This document shows positions 38,818 to 48,442 of a stretch of 64,000 bases of DNA, one piece after another (the stretch's first letter is position 1; each line of letters begins with the position of its first letter). The position numbers and the translations under genes are program-made. Under the pieces are notes generated by a model, which saw nothing but the letters and a program-made list of their open reading frames with translations, had not been told where the DNA came from and did not search any database. The stretch lies in contig CAWDYC010000005.1 of assembly GCA_963806535.1 (NCBI GenBank), forward strand, positions 192,001 to 256,000, in the 5' to 3' direction. The stretch comes from Candidatus Bathyarchaeota archaeon. Lineage in GTDB: Archaea > Thermoproteota > Bathyarchaeia > Bathyarchaeales > Bathycorpusculaceae.

Positions 38818-40269
38818 TTGTCTGTTTCCTACAAAATTGACACTGAAGTTCCTCCCAGCTACTTCGAAAAACTATTTGACTTCATTTACAAGCAATATTT
38901 GGTTTCGCAGAAGCAACGGTTCACAAGCATCTCCCAAGAAATAACACCGAATAGTAACCGCTTATCCTATGATGTCCTTGATGCTCAGGGAAAACGAATC
39001 TTGCAAGTGAAAATAGCGGGAACTGATTCTGTAAACGTGACCATAACACCTCTTGATTCGCAGGTGCCCGATTCTGTTATAGCTGAAGCCAGACAGGATG
39101 TTGTTATTGCTACTCAGATGTTTGAGGAAAAAGCCCGTAATGTAACATGGTACTTTGCTTGGCAAGAAGGAGAAAAAATTGTTCCTGAAAAGGTGAGGCT
39201 TCACGAAAAAAGTTTTCAACGTATCTTTCTGGAAACTCAAGTTCTTCTCTCATTCGTATTTATAGTAATGGGTTTGGGTTTATTCTTCGTTGTTACCACT
39301 CTTTACCCCCAGTATTTCTGGACTGTTCCAATAATCTTAATCGCCTCTCAATCTGTTTTCGTTTTTTACTCCGACAAAATAATTGCTCGTTCAGGCGACT
39401 GGACAATTACCAAAGACAACCCTTCAATACATTTCTTGGAGTATAAGCCGCCAATTGGCTCACTGGGCACGTTGGATGATTACAAACAAATCCCCCCCGA
39501 GCAACTGGTAGCAATCAAAAACGAAGTCTACGAAGAAATAAAAGCTAAACACGGCGAAATCGATTGCACTGAAGCCGAAGGCGTCTTCTCCAAATACAAC
39601 GTTTCTTGTCGGCAAGGCAGCTTGTCAGCCAAAAAAATCAACGTATACGAACTGGTAAAGAAGGTCGCTGACCGCTTCGGCTACAAAGTGCCTAAAATCG
39701 TTGTTTCCAACACGATGGTTCCTAACGCCGCTGCGTCAGGTCCCTCTCCCAGCCGAGGCATAGTTCTCATAACTACAGGCTTGCTTGTGCAACTCGACGA
39801 ACCTGAGGTTGAAAGTGTTTTAGGACACGAATTCGGTCACCTCAAAGGCAGAGACCCGCTCATCCTCTTTGGTCTTTTAAGCGCTGAATTCATATTTCGA
39901 TTCTACGTTTTGCTTGCCTTATTCCCTGCAATATTTCTGTCTTTACTGTTCTTTGTCTACTTCTTTGCAGTTATGACCCTGATTTTCTTCATTGCTAAAT
40001 TCTTCGAAGCTCGCGCTGACCTTACCTCAGGCATTATTATTGGGCATCCAAAAATCTTGGCGAACTCTTTAGAAAAAATCGGTTTCCGCCGCCTGTTATT
40101 CGAACGTACACCAAGTTTCCGTTTTCAAGAATGGCTTGGACTAGACAGTCACCCTCCTATTTACTGGCGGGTAGAACGTCTGCGAAAACTGCCTGAACCC
40201 GTACAAGTCAAGCATCCACTTATCCAATCCATTAAAGAAGTGCTCAGTGGATTCCGCTCAACCCTCTGA
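38818..40269 (+). CDS. M48 (HtpX-like) zinc metalloprotease with N-terminal extension
   Basis: [25 protein letters not shown]. Confidence 0.9.
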   Translation: MSVSYKIDTEVPPSYFEKLFDFIYKQYLVSQKQRFTSISQEITPNSNRLSYDVLDAQGKRILQVKIAGTDSVNVTITPLDSQVPDSVIAEARQDVVIATQMFEEKARNVTWYFAWQEGEKIVPEKVRLHEKSFQRIFLETQVLLSFVFIVMGLGLFFVVTTLYPQYFWTVPIILIASQSVFVFYSDKIIARSGDWTITKDNPSIHFLEYKPPIGSLGTLDDYKQIPPEQLVAIKNEVYEEIKAKHGEIDCTEAEGVFSKYNVSCRQGSLSAKKINVYELVKKVADRFGYKVPKIVVSNTMVPNAAASGPSPSRGIVLITTGLLVQLDEPEVESVLGHEFGHLKGRDPLILFGLLSAEFIFRFYVLLALFPAIFLSLLFFVYFFAVMTLIFFIAKFFEARADLTSGIIIGHPKILANSLEKIGFRRLLFERTPSFRFQEWLGLDSHPPIYWRVERLRKLPEPVQVKHPLIQSIKEVLSGFRSTL

Positions 40270-40302
40270 GTCAACGGTTGCAATGTTTGATTCCGAAAAT
40301 AC

Positions 40303-40378
40303 TGGTAGCCCGGGAGAGATTCGAACTCTCGTCGGAGGGTCCAAAGCCCTCTATGCTTGACCACTACACCACCGGGCT
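40303..40378 (-). tRNA. tRNA-Gln(TTG), CCA encoded
   Basis: AGCCCGG/CCGGGCT acceptor stem (A1-U72), GAGGG-CT-TTG-GA-CCCTC anticodon arm, GTTCGAATC. Confidence 0.96.
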
Positions 40379-40732
40379 TCGACAGTTTTTTTTTGACTTG
40401 ATGCTAAATCTAAGGACAATTTTTTTCCTAATAAGCGTTCTTACAGCCAACATAATAATATCCATCTTAAAAACGAATGGCGAGCTTATTCAATCAATTT
40501 ATTTCTTCAAAATTGAGCATTTTAGGAATTATCATTAATAATAAAGAAAGATGCGATTGCAACGTCTCAATATGCCCCAATTTAGAATTTCTCGTGAGAT
40601 TCTTTTTGTGATTCTAATAATAGGTTTGCCCGCGCTTAAGCAATTTCTTATGTTTTTTCCCATTAGTCCATTTTGCTTGTAGTAGATAAATCGAATGTAT
40701 TGTGTGCAATAACTTTATTAAGACCACAAACC

Positions 40733-40740
40733 TTAAATAA
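40733..40740 (+). promoter_or_regulatory. TATA box upstream of tfb
   Basis: TTAAATAA, 22 nt before ATG 40763. Confidence 0.5.
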
Positions 40741-40842
40741 TAGTGACGTTCATCTGCTAAGAATGCGCGGGCCGAATGTACTATTTCTAGCCCAATATGG
40801 ACATGGTGACGGTTCTACGCATGTTGAAACGGAGAGAAAAAA

Positions 40843-41781
40843 TTGAGCAAAAAAGAAGTTAAAACACAGGCACGCTTATCCGATAAATGCGCAGAATGCG
40901 GAAGCCAAAATTTAGTTCACGATTATGACACAGGAGAAACTGTATGCGGCGACTGTGGTTTGGTTTTATATGAGCAAATGATGGATAAAGGGCCAGAATG
41001 GCGTGCGTTTACTCAAGAAGAGAAAGCGTCGAGAAGCCGAGTTGGTGTTCCAACATCTTATTCAGTTCACGATAAAGGGTTATCTACGGCCATTAGCCAA
41101 GTTGACCGGGATGCGTTTGGAAGAAAACTACCCCTATCCACACGACTGCAGATGTGGCGTCTTAGGAAATGGCAAATACGCAGTAGAGTTCACTCATCAA
41201 TTGACCGCAATTTGGCTCAAGCTATGGCGGAACTTGACCGTCTTTCAGACAAAGTCTACATTCCTCCGCCAATCAAAGAGAAAGCCGCAGTCGTTTACCG
41301 TAAAGCCTTAGACAAGGGCCTAGTTCGGGGAAGATCAATCGCTGCAATCGCTGCTGCTGCGCTTTATGCTGCTTGCCGCGGAAGCGGAACACCTCGCACC
41401 TTACGGGAAATAGCTGAAGCCAGTCTCGTTGACAAGAAAGACGTTGCAAGATGTTATAGGCTACTGCTACGTGAGCTTGATGTTCATATGCCAATAGCTG
41501 ATCCGTTGACTTACGTATCAAAAATTGCAGAGAAAACCGGGATTTCAGGGAAAACTCAAGGTGCCGCCATCCAAATTCTCAGGGATGCAAGACGCAAACG
41601 TGCTGCCGCAGGAAAAGACCCTATGGGATTAGCCGCTGCAGCCCTCTACATTGCTTGTTTGCAAAATGGCGAGAAAAAAACACAGAAAGACATCGCAGAA
41701 GCTGCAGGCGTAACAGAAGTAACAGTGCGCAATCGCTACAAAACACTTAAAAAACAACTAAATCTTGAATTGCCTGATTAA
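40843..41781 (+). CDS. tfb: transcription initiation factor IIB
   Basis: CAECG..CGDCG ribbon, GPEWRAF, HDKGLST, LVRGRS, GKDPMGLAAA, GVTEVTVRNRYK. Confidence 0.97.
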   Translation: MSKKEVKTQARLSDKCAECGSQNLVHDYDTGETVCGDCGLVLYEQMMDKGPEWRAFTQEEKASRSRVGVPTSYSVHDKGLSTAISQVDRDAFGRKLPLSTRLQMWRLRKWQIRSRVHSSIDRNLAQAMAELDRLSDKVYIPPPIKEKAAVVYRKALDKGLVRGRSIAAIAAAALYAACRGSGTPRTLREIAEASLVDKKDVARCYRLLLRELDVHMPIADPLTYVSKIAEKTGISGKTQGAAIQILRDARRKRAAAGKDPMGLAAAALYIACLQNGEKKTQKDIAEAAGVTEVTVRNRYKTLKKQLNLELPD

Positions 41782-42011
41782 GGCATCTCTTCTTTAGAAG
41801 TATTATTTTCTTCTTTTTCTTTTTCAAGCTCCATAACAACAATACCAATGTAGTGGCAATCCTCACAATAATATTGTTTAGGAGTTAACCAAATAGCTAA
41901 ACTGGTTGTTAGCCGAATCTTTGGGCTACAACATCTTGGACAAAAAATCTGTGTTGGTTTTTGATGTTTTGCTGCTTTGAATACTTCCCGTATGTCATCT
42001 ATTTTCTTCAT
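41778..42011 (-). CDS. small zinc-finger protein
   Basis: CPRCCS...YYCEDCHY. Confidence 0.78.
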   Translation of the reverse strand: MKKIDDIREVFKAAKHQKPTQIFCPRCCSPKIRLTTSLAIWLTPKQYYCEDCHYIGIVVMELEKEKEENNTSKEEMP

Positions 42012-42042
42012 GACGTATGCATCTCTATTTTTTGACTGCGGC

Positions 42043-42351
42043 TTATTGAACTTCGATGTTTTCTGTCGGATAACCCAATTTAATTAAGAAATCACGAACT
42101 CTGTCCCGATGATCTCCCTGCAACATAATTTGTCCGTTCTTGCTTGTTCCACCGCAAGCGCAATATGTCTTCAGTTTTTGTGCAATGCTTGCTAAATCGA
42201 TGTTTTTATCTTCCATGCCATCAATTACGGTGCTTGGTCTACCGAATTTTCGTGTTTCAAGTCTAACGCGTATACGCTGTTGCTCTTTCTCTATTTCTCC
42301 ACAAACGCATAAGTCCTTAGGAAGCCCACATGTTGAACAAACTTCAGCCAT
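42043..42351 (-). CDS. translation initiation factor SUI1/aIF1
   Basis: CSTCGLPKDLCVC, LKTYCACGGT, LQGDHR. Confidence 0.93.
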   Translation of the reverse strand: MAEVCSTCGLPKDLCVCGEIEKEQQRIRVRLETRKFGRPSTVIDGMEDKNIDLASIAQKLKTYCACGGTSKNGQIMLQGDHRDRVRDFLIKLGYPTENIEVQ

Positions 42352-42561
42352 GACACTCAACAGTCAATTATCATCTGAAATATATAAGAGTTTCAAATCC
42401 AAAATGGATTCATTCAATCGAATAAGATGTTCCTTAGACTGCGTAAATTGAATGCTATAGCTTTCACACTCCCTTTGGAAGTTGCTTTCTCTTTCCATTT
42501 GAGACCGTAATTATTTTATTGCTAAAGAAACCACATAGGATTCACAATAAAGCTTTAGAAG

Positions 42562-43176
42562 TTGAAGATTATGGAGAAAATTGACTTTAAAAAAGAATTA
42601 AAGAATCTCTACAATCCATCCGCCAAAGAAGTAGGCACTGTTAATGTTCCTGCAATGAATTTTCTATTGGTAAACGGCGAAGGTGCACCAACATCACCGC
42701 AATATGGCGAAGCTATTGGGGCGTTATTTAGTGTTGCTTATACGCTCAAATTTATGGTTAAGAAAAGTATTGGAATTGATTTTTCGGTTATGCCGCTCGA
42801 AGGATTGTGGTGGGTTGATGACATGACAAAGTTCAGTTCAGAACGAAAAGATGAATGGAAGTGGACAGCCATGATTATGCAGCCAAAATACGTTATTGAT
42901 AACGATGTTAAATTGGCGATTGAACAAGTAAAAAAGAAAAAGAGTCTGTCTGCATTGCCCAAAGTTCGATTCGAAAATTTCACTGAAGGGCCCGCTGCAC
43001 AAATAATGTATTTTGGACCTTTTTCGGCTGAAGGACCAACAATAACAAAAATACATGGCTACATCAAAAACAGTGGACACGAATTAACCGGCAAACACCA
43101 TGAAATCTACCTTAACAACCCTGCCACAACAGCGCCAGAAAAACTAAAAACCATCATAAGACAACCCATGAAGTAA
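42562..43176 (+). CDS. GyrI-like small-molecule-binding protein
   Basis: KIDFKKELK.LY, VMPLEGLWW, WTAMIMQP, HHEIYL, KLKTIIRQP. Confidence 0.9.
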   Translation: MKIMEKIDFKKELKNLYNPSAKEVGTVNVPAMNFLLVNGEGAPTSPQYGEAIGALFSVAYTLKFMVKKSIGIDFSVMPLEGLWWVDDMTKFSSERKDEWKWTAMIMQPKYVIDNDVKLAIEQVKKKKSLSALPKVRFENFTEGPAAQIMYFGPFSAEGPTITKIHGYIKNSGHELTGKHHEIYLNNPATTAPEKLKTIIRQPMK

Positions 43177-43215
43177 CCAGGGCCAGTTTGGTTATACCCT
43201 GCCGCTTCCTTCTCG

Positions 43216-43725
43216 TTAAAAGTTCGTTTGAGCTATTAGCCTTGATAATTCCGCGATTTGTTCTCTAAACTTTTCTCTCATTTTGGTGAAACGCATGGCT
43301 GCTGAGGGATGAATTATTTGAACATATTTGATGCCTTCTAGCCGCGGGGTTTCTTTTGCTGATGCACCAAGGAGTACAATTATTTTTGGTTTGATGATGC
43401 TGATTTGGGTGTTCAAGTATGGTAAGCATGCAACTACCTCATCAGGGTATGGTTTTCGATTTTCTGGAGAAACATGCTTTACTATATTAGTGATGAAGAC
43501 ATCTTCACGATTTATGCCGTATTCAGCGAGGGTTTTGGTCAGATATTTTCCTGCTCTTCCAACAAAAGGCCTGCCTGTTTCGTCCTCATCGGCTCCTGGA
43601 TTCTGCCCTATTAGCATAACTTTAGCATTTAATGGTCCTTCTCCGGGTACACCATGCTTTGCTCCTTGCCAGAGCCTGCATTTCTTGCAACTATAAACTT
43701 GGAAATTTATATCTTCAATCGCCAA
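43216..43725 (-). CDS. uracil-DNA glycosylase, family 4-like
   Basis: CKKCRL, GQNPGADED.TGRPFVGRAG, ITNIVK, HPSA. Confidence 0.9.
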   Translation of the reverse strand: MAIEDINFQVYSCKKCRLWQGAKHGVPGEGPLNAKVMLIGQNPGADEDETGRPFVGRAGKYLTKTLAEYGINREDVFITNIVKHVSPENRKPYPDEVVACLPYLNTQISIIKPKIIVLLGASAKETPRLEGIKYVQIIHPSAAMRFTKMREKFREQIAELSRLIAQTNF

Positions 43726-43860
43726 ACCAATCGCCTTGTTGTTGGGTATTGACAGTCACACAACCTTAAAAAAATGGCTCCGTTATTCTTAATATCAAGT
43801 TCAGGCTCCCTTCTTTAGGAGCCAAATAAAAGAATTCTGAGAAGCTGTGAAGGTTGAAAA

Positions 43861-44163
43861 ATGACAGAGGAAGAGTCCGTATCTGAATCGCTTATCACAA
43901 GTGCTATACGTGTGCTTTCAAAAGTTATTTTTGTTTTTGAACCACTGGCCCCAGCAGCAATAACTGTTGTAGTGAATCAGCAGCTCCACCGATTCAAAGA
44001 ATCAGGTGCGATTGGCAACTACAAAACAAAAACCAAACGCCTCGGGAAATTCCATTACCGCATTCAAATTGATTTAGACTTAACAGGCATACAAGCGATT
44101 CATCTTCTCGGTAACTTATTCCCCAAACAATTAAGCCGATTTAGGAGGTGGTTCCATGACTGA
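43861..44163 (+). CDS. hypothetical protein
   Basis: ATG ORF coupled to a downstream small ORF. Confidence 0.7.
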   Translation: MTEEESVSESLITSAIRVLSKVIFVFEPLAPAAITVVVNQQLHRFKESGAIGNYKTKTKRLGKFHYRIQIDLDLTGIQAIHLLGNLFPKQLSRFRRWFHD

Positions 44164-44308
44164 AATGCCCGAAAAGAAAGGAAAATTGAAAATTACCGTT
44201 GAATTTGAAGTAAACGAGGAACTGATGGCGTTAGCTAAAGAGTCTATGTCCAAGATGTCAATGAAGTTGCCTGAAATGATGAGAGGACACACAGAAAAGA
44301 AAGAATAA
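44156..44308 (+). CDS. 50-aa small protein (not in ORF track)
   Basis: AGGAGGTG SD, MTEMPEKKGKLKITVEFEVNEELMALAKESMSKMSMKLPEMMRGHTEKKE, followed by T-rich tract. Confidence 0.75.
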   Translation: MTEMPEKKGKLKITVEFEVNEELMALAKESMSKMSMKLPEMMRGHTEKKE

Positions 44309-44410
44309 ACAATGACAATCTGAATACCTCTCAAATTTTTCCATTTTTTTAGACTTTTGATGTTTAAGAAACATTTTAAAACATTCTCAACTTTGTATTA
44401 ATTGATAATT

Positions 44411-44707
44411 ATGAAATTTTTAATTATACAGAAAGTAAAACGCGAAGTACCAATTGAAAAATGGGCAAAACTGCTTCCTCTACAGTTCAAATATTTTGAT
44501 AATTTGGAAAAGGAAAAAGTGATCGAAGTAAATTACCATTTGATTGGGCACCAAGGCACAATGATTGTAGTTAATGTTGAGTCAGACGAGAAACTCTCAA
44601 AAATAATTGGTCAAGATCCATTGTTTTTTGAATGTGAACGCGAAATCTATCCACTAACAACTCGGCAAACGCATGAGAAACAAATAAGAGAATTGCTAAA
44701 GCCTTAG
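44411..44707 (+). CDS. muconolactone isomerase-like / dimeric alpha-beta barrel protein
   Basis: MKFLII...IVVNVESDEKL...DPLF...EIYPL. Confidence 0.7.
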   Translation: MKFLIIQKVKREVPIEKWAKLLPLQFKYFDNLEKEKVIEVNYHLIGHQGTMIVVNVESDEKLSKIIGQDPLFFECEREIYPLTTRQTHEKQIRELLKP

Positions 44708-44725
44708 GCAAAATCGGTTTTCTGT

Positions 44726-45280
44726 ATGACTTGTCACGGTGGGTTTGCCCTCGACGAGGCAACAAGACGCTCATGGTATGATCCAGAGGATATTTTGCAT
44801 GACTTGCGCCCAGGTATGGTGTTTGCTGATGTAGGCTGTGGAGACGGTTTTTTCACAATTTTAGCTGCAAGAAAAGTTGGCGAACACGGCAAAGTTTACG
44901 CTATGGATGTAGATGCATCAGCTATCAGGAAACTTAACTCCAAAGTCGAAGTTGAAGGTTTGAAAAACATTACTGCCAAAGTTGGGATGGGTGAGGAAAC
45001 TGTTTTCTGCAGTAAATGTGTCGATTTTGTTTTTTATAGCATGGTGCTTCATGACTTTGCTGATCCAGTGAAGGTATTGAAAAATGCTAAGCAAATGATG
45101 AAGGCTGATGGGCGGTTGATTGATTTGGATTGGAAGAAAAAAGAAATGACTTTTGGTCCGCCATTTAGAATTCGGTTTAGCGGAGAGCACGCATCAGCTT
45201 TGATTAGACATGCAGGCTTTCAAATTGACAGCATCAAGTCCGCAGGAAAATACCATTATGTTGTAACTGGAAAACTTTAG
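44726..45280 (+). CDS. class I SAM-dependent methyltransferase
   Basis: ADVGCGDG, VYAMD, VLHD. Confidence 0.9.
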   Translation: MTCHGGFALDEATRRSWYDPEDILHDLRPGMVFADVGCGDGFFTILAARKVGEHGKVYAMDVDASAIRKLNSKVEVEGLKNITAKVGMGEETVFCSKCVDFVFYSMVLHDFADPVKVLKNAKQMMKADGRLIDLDWKKKEMTFGPPFRIRFSGEHASALIRHAGFQIDSIKSAGKYHYVVTGKL

Positions 45281-45298
45281 CCAAAGAAAAGATTATGT

Positions 45299-45898
45299 TT
45301 ACTCTGTGTTGGCATAGAATTCTAGTAAGTCGCGTTTGAATTGTTCAGGCTCATCCTTGTAAGCCGAGTGTCCTGCTCCATTGTACACTAAAAGTTTGGC
45401 ATTAGGTAATTTGTGCGATAAGGTTCGCATTTCTTCCCCCGAAATAACATTATCTTGCGAACCCCAAATTATCTTAACTGGAAAATTAAATTTCACATAA
45501 GACTGCAACAAATCATCTGTCAAAGCTCTACCTGGCGCAATCAAAAGCAACCCCTTAACAGGAAACTTTGCTGCATACATCAATGCAATGTGTCCTCCAA
45601 TACTTGCGCCGACAAGAACTGGCACTGTTGAACCAAACAGGCTCTTAATCGCTTCAGTTGCAAACACAACATTAGTTTCGGGGTTTCGGCTTTTAGGTTG
45701 ACATTTACTTCTTAAACCATACGGCATGTCCAAGGCTAAAAACGGCACATGCTTCTCAATTAACAATTCAGTTACTCCAATATGCTCCCAAATATCTAAG
45801 GTGTAAGACAATCCATGCAGAAAAACAATTGGGGTACCCGGCGCGTCGGAGTACAGAGCCTGACATTTGTGTTCAGCAACAGTTAATGTTTTTTCCAT
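45299..45898 (-). CDS. alpha/beta hydrolase
   Basis: FLHG, GASIGG, WGSQD, AGHSAY. Confidence 0.92.
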   Translation of the reverse strand: MEKTLTVAEHKCQALYSDAPGTPIVFLHGLSYTLDIWEHIGVTELLIEKHVPFLALDMPYGLRSKCQPKSRNPETNVVFATEAIKSLFGSTVPVLVGASIGGHIALMYAAKFPVKGLLLIAPGRALTDDLLQSYVKFNFPVKIIWGSQDNVISGEEMRTLSHKLPNAKLLVYNGAGHSAYKDEPEQFKRDLLEFYANTE

Positions 45899-45997
45899 AG
45901 ATTCTACTTAGTTTTCGTTTCTTATAACATTTGACCGCCCCTCGCCGAGATGCGAAAAGAATAATAGCTGTCAAAAGTTTCTTTCATCGGTGAATTC

Positions 45998-46474
45998 TTG
46001 TCTATTAAAGTTGGCAATAAAGCGCCAGATTTTACGCTTCCTTCACAAATGGGCGACAACGTAACTCTATCTGAATACTTCGGTAAGAAAAATATTGTTT
46101 TGTACTTTTATCCTATGGATGAGTCGCCTGGCTGCACTAAAGAAGCGTGCACATTCAGGGATAGCTACGAGGAATTAACAAGTTTAGACGCTGAAGTTCT
46201 CGGGGTTAGCGCTCAAAGTATAGCTTCGCACAAATCTTTTGCAAGCCATTATGGACTGCCGTTTTTACTTTTAAGCGATGAAGATAACAAAGTTCGCAAA
46301 CTTTACGGCGTACATTCAACAATGGGCATCATTCCAGGGAGAGTCACTTATATCATTGATAAAAAGGGCATCGTCAGGAATGTCTTCTCTTCTCAATCCC
46401 AAGCCCCCCGCCACGTTGAGGAAGCCAAAAAAACACTTCTGGACCTTCAAAAAGAACAGACGCCAACAACGTAG
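45998..46474 (+). CDS. bcp: peroxiredoxin (Bcp/PrxQ)
   Basis: YFYP...PGCTKEAC, GRVTYIID. Confidence 0.93.
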   Translation: MSIKVGNKAPDFTLPSQMGDNVTLSEYFGKKNIVLYFYPMDESPGCTKEACTFRDSYEELTSLDAEVLGVSAQSIASHKSFASHYGLPFLLLSDEDNKVRKLYGVHSTMGIIPGRVTYIIDKKGIVRNVFSSQSQAPRHVEEAKKTLLDLQKEQTPTT

Positions 46475-46490
46475 ACTGGGGAAAAAAAGA

Positions 46491-47726
46491 TTGCTGAATC
46501 TCTATAACTCGTTAAGCCAAAAAATTGAGCCGTTCCAACCCTCCTTAAACATGCAAGTTAAAATGTACACTTGTGGCCCATCGACTTATCTGCAACCTCA
46601 CATTGGCAATTACCGAACCTTTCTGTTTGAAGACATACTCCAGCGTTATATGGAGTACTTGGGGTACAAAGTAACAAGGCTCATCACTTTAACTGATGTA
46701 GAAGACAAAGCAATAGCTCAAGCAAAAAAAGAAAACATAACGATTGAGCAATTAACTGCAAATAACGAAGCATTCTTTTTCAAAGACTTCAAGCTTCTGA
46801 GAATCAAAACACCAGATTATTCTATAAGGGCTTCTTCATCCGTAGATCAAGCAGCAAAATTAATCAGTCAACTTTTAGAGAAAGATTACGCTTACCGATA
46901 CCAGTACGAAGGAGCGGAAAACGTCTATTTCGACCCATTAAAATTCAATGGATTCGGAAAACTTTCGCATTTGGATATGACTAAATGGCCTAAAAAGAAA
47001 AGGCGCTTTCATAAAGATACTTACCCTGGAACACCTTGGAACAAGGGCGATTTTATTATCTGGGATGGTTGCAAGCAAGGAAATGTTTGCTACGAAACGT
47101 CGATAGGTAGTGGCCGGCCAGCTTGGAATATTCAAGATGCAGCAATCGTAACTAAGCATTTGGGCTTCTCAATTGATGTCGCTTGTGGCGGAATTGACAA
47201 TCTGGTTAGGCATCATGATTATGTCCTTGCGATTGTTGAAGCCGTTTCAGAAAAACAGTTCTCAAAGTATTGGCTTCACGGTGGGCATCTTTTTGTTAAT
47301 GGAAAAAAAATGTCCAAAAGCACAGGTAACGTCTATTACCCCAATGATCTTATAGTCAAAGGATTTAGTGGAGAACATTTGCGTTTCTTTCTAATTTATG
47401 GACCTTACAGGGAAAAACTAAACTTTACTATGGAAAAACTGGCTGAAACAAGTCGAAAGCTCGATTCTTTAAAAAACATGATCAAAGATTTGCAAGAGCA
47501 AGAATCGCATCGTTCTCACCCAAAAATGGATGTACTTATAAGCAGAATTGTTTCAGACTTTGAACACGCAATGAACAATAATTTATCCGTAAAATCAGCT
47601 TTCGACAAACTATACGAAACTATCTTTGACTTACATAAAAACCTTGAATCCTTAAGCAAAGCAGATGTAAAAAACATAATGGATGGTTTACACAATATTG
47701 ATTCTGTGCTTCAATGTATTTTTTAG
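46491..47726 (+). CDS. cysteinyl-tRNA synthetase-like class I ligase (divergent paralogue)
   Basis: CGPSTY..PHIGN, TDVEDK, KMSKS. GRPAWNIQD and HHDYV replace GRPGWHIEC and HHENE. TTG start at 46491. Confidence 0.85.
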   Translation: MLNLYNSLSQKIEPFQPSLNMQVKMYTCGPSTYLQPHIGNYRTFLFEDILQRYMEYLGYKVTRLITLTDVEDKAIAQAKKENITIEQLTANNEAFFFKDFKLLRIKTPDYSIRASSSVDQAAKLISQLLEKDYAYRYQYEGAENVYFDPLKFNGFGKLSHLDMTKWPKKKRRFHKDTYPGTPWNKGDFIIWDGCKQGNVCYETSIGSGRPAWNIQDAAIVTKHLGFSIDVACGGIDNLVRHHDYVLAIVEAVSEKQFSKYWLHGGHLFVNGKKMSKSTGNVYYPNDLIVKGFSGEHLRFFLIYGPYREKLNFTMEKLAETSRKLDSLKNMIKDLQEQESHRSHPKMDVLISRIVSDFEHAMNNNLSVKSAFDKLYETIFDLHKNLESLSKADVKNIMDGLHNIDSVLQCIF

Positions 47727-47738
47727 GCGCTCATTTGC

Positions 47739-47975
47739 TTAAACTAAGTCGCCTACAAATTTTACTTTCTCAAGATTTTCTTCTCTATGAGGCGCCATCT
47801 CTAACTCTTCAGTTAAATCTTTCCCAGCCTCATGCATACCCAAATGGTCTCCATCAAGCCAAAAACTACTTTCGGAAACATCATAAACTTTGCCTTTATA
47901 GGCTAAGTAGGCTGGTTTACCATTTTTTCCGTTATTTGCTTTAAGTTCTTGCATAGTTATTTTTCTTTCAGTCAA
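47739..47975 (-). CDS. cytochrome b5-like heme/steroid-binding protein
   Basis: NGKNGKPAYLAYKGKVYDVS, HLGMHEAGKDLT..APH. Confidence 0.9.
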   Translation of the reverse strand: MTERKITMQELKANNGKNGKPAYLAYKGKVYDVSESSFWLDGDHLGMHEAGKDLTEELEMAPHREENLEKVKFVGDLV

Positions 47976-48065
47976 AAAAATCCTTCCGTTAGTTAAACTT
48001 AGAGACCTGTGTTTTAAATAATTTACGCCTTCGAAGAATAAGTTCGGGGTATTTGATTTTAAGTC

Positions 48066-48383
48066 TTAAAAGTGGGTAACGGCACCTGTTTTATGAACTA
48101 TAGCATTAAAAATTAGATTTAAAGTGTTGAAGTTCGATTGGTTTGAATTGTTCTGGCCGAAGTTTACATGAAAGAATACAAGAAAAATTATAGCGCCGAT
48201 AATTACCGCAGAGATTACAACAGCAGCTATGACGATGCCGACTAAAAAAAGCGGGTCATTTCTAGCAGGTTTCATTGTTGCCGCAGGAACTGGAGGCACA
48301 GAAGTGACAACCGGAGTTCCGCATTTATGGCAGAACCGCGCGTTTTCTTCAAGTTTAGTTCCACAACTTCGACAGTAAGGCAA
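48066..48383 (-). CDS. zinc-ribbon domain membrane protein
   Basis: CRSCG...FCHKCG plus one TM. Confidence 0.85.
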   Translation of the reverse strand: MPYCRSCGTKLEENARFCHKCGTPVVTSVPPVPAATMKPARNDPLFLVGIVIAAVVISAVIIGAIIFLVFFHVNFGQNNSNQSNFNTLNLIFNAIVHKTGAVTHF

Positions 48384-48442
48384 CTCTAAAACCTCAAGGT
48401 ATGGATATTGCGATTAACAAAATTTAAGCCTTCCCAAAAAAT

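Noticed and set aside
40437-40451. GTTC-N7-CAAC near-match to the module operator
   Set aside because: One mismatch, and it lacks the half-site and TATA grammar, so it is expected by chance.
46278-46490. N-terminal extension of the CysRS-like ORF
   Set aside because: It overlaps bcp in another frame. Homology starts at L.LYNSLS (TTG 46491).
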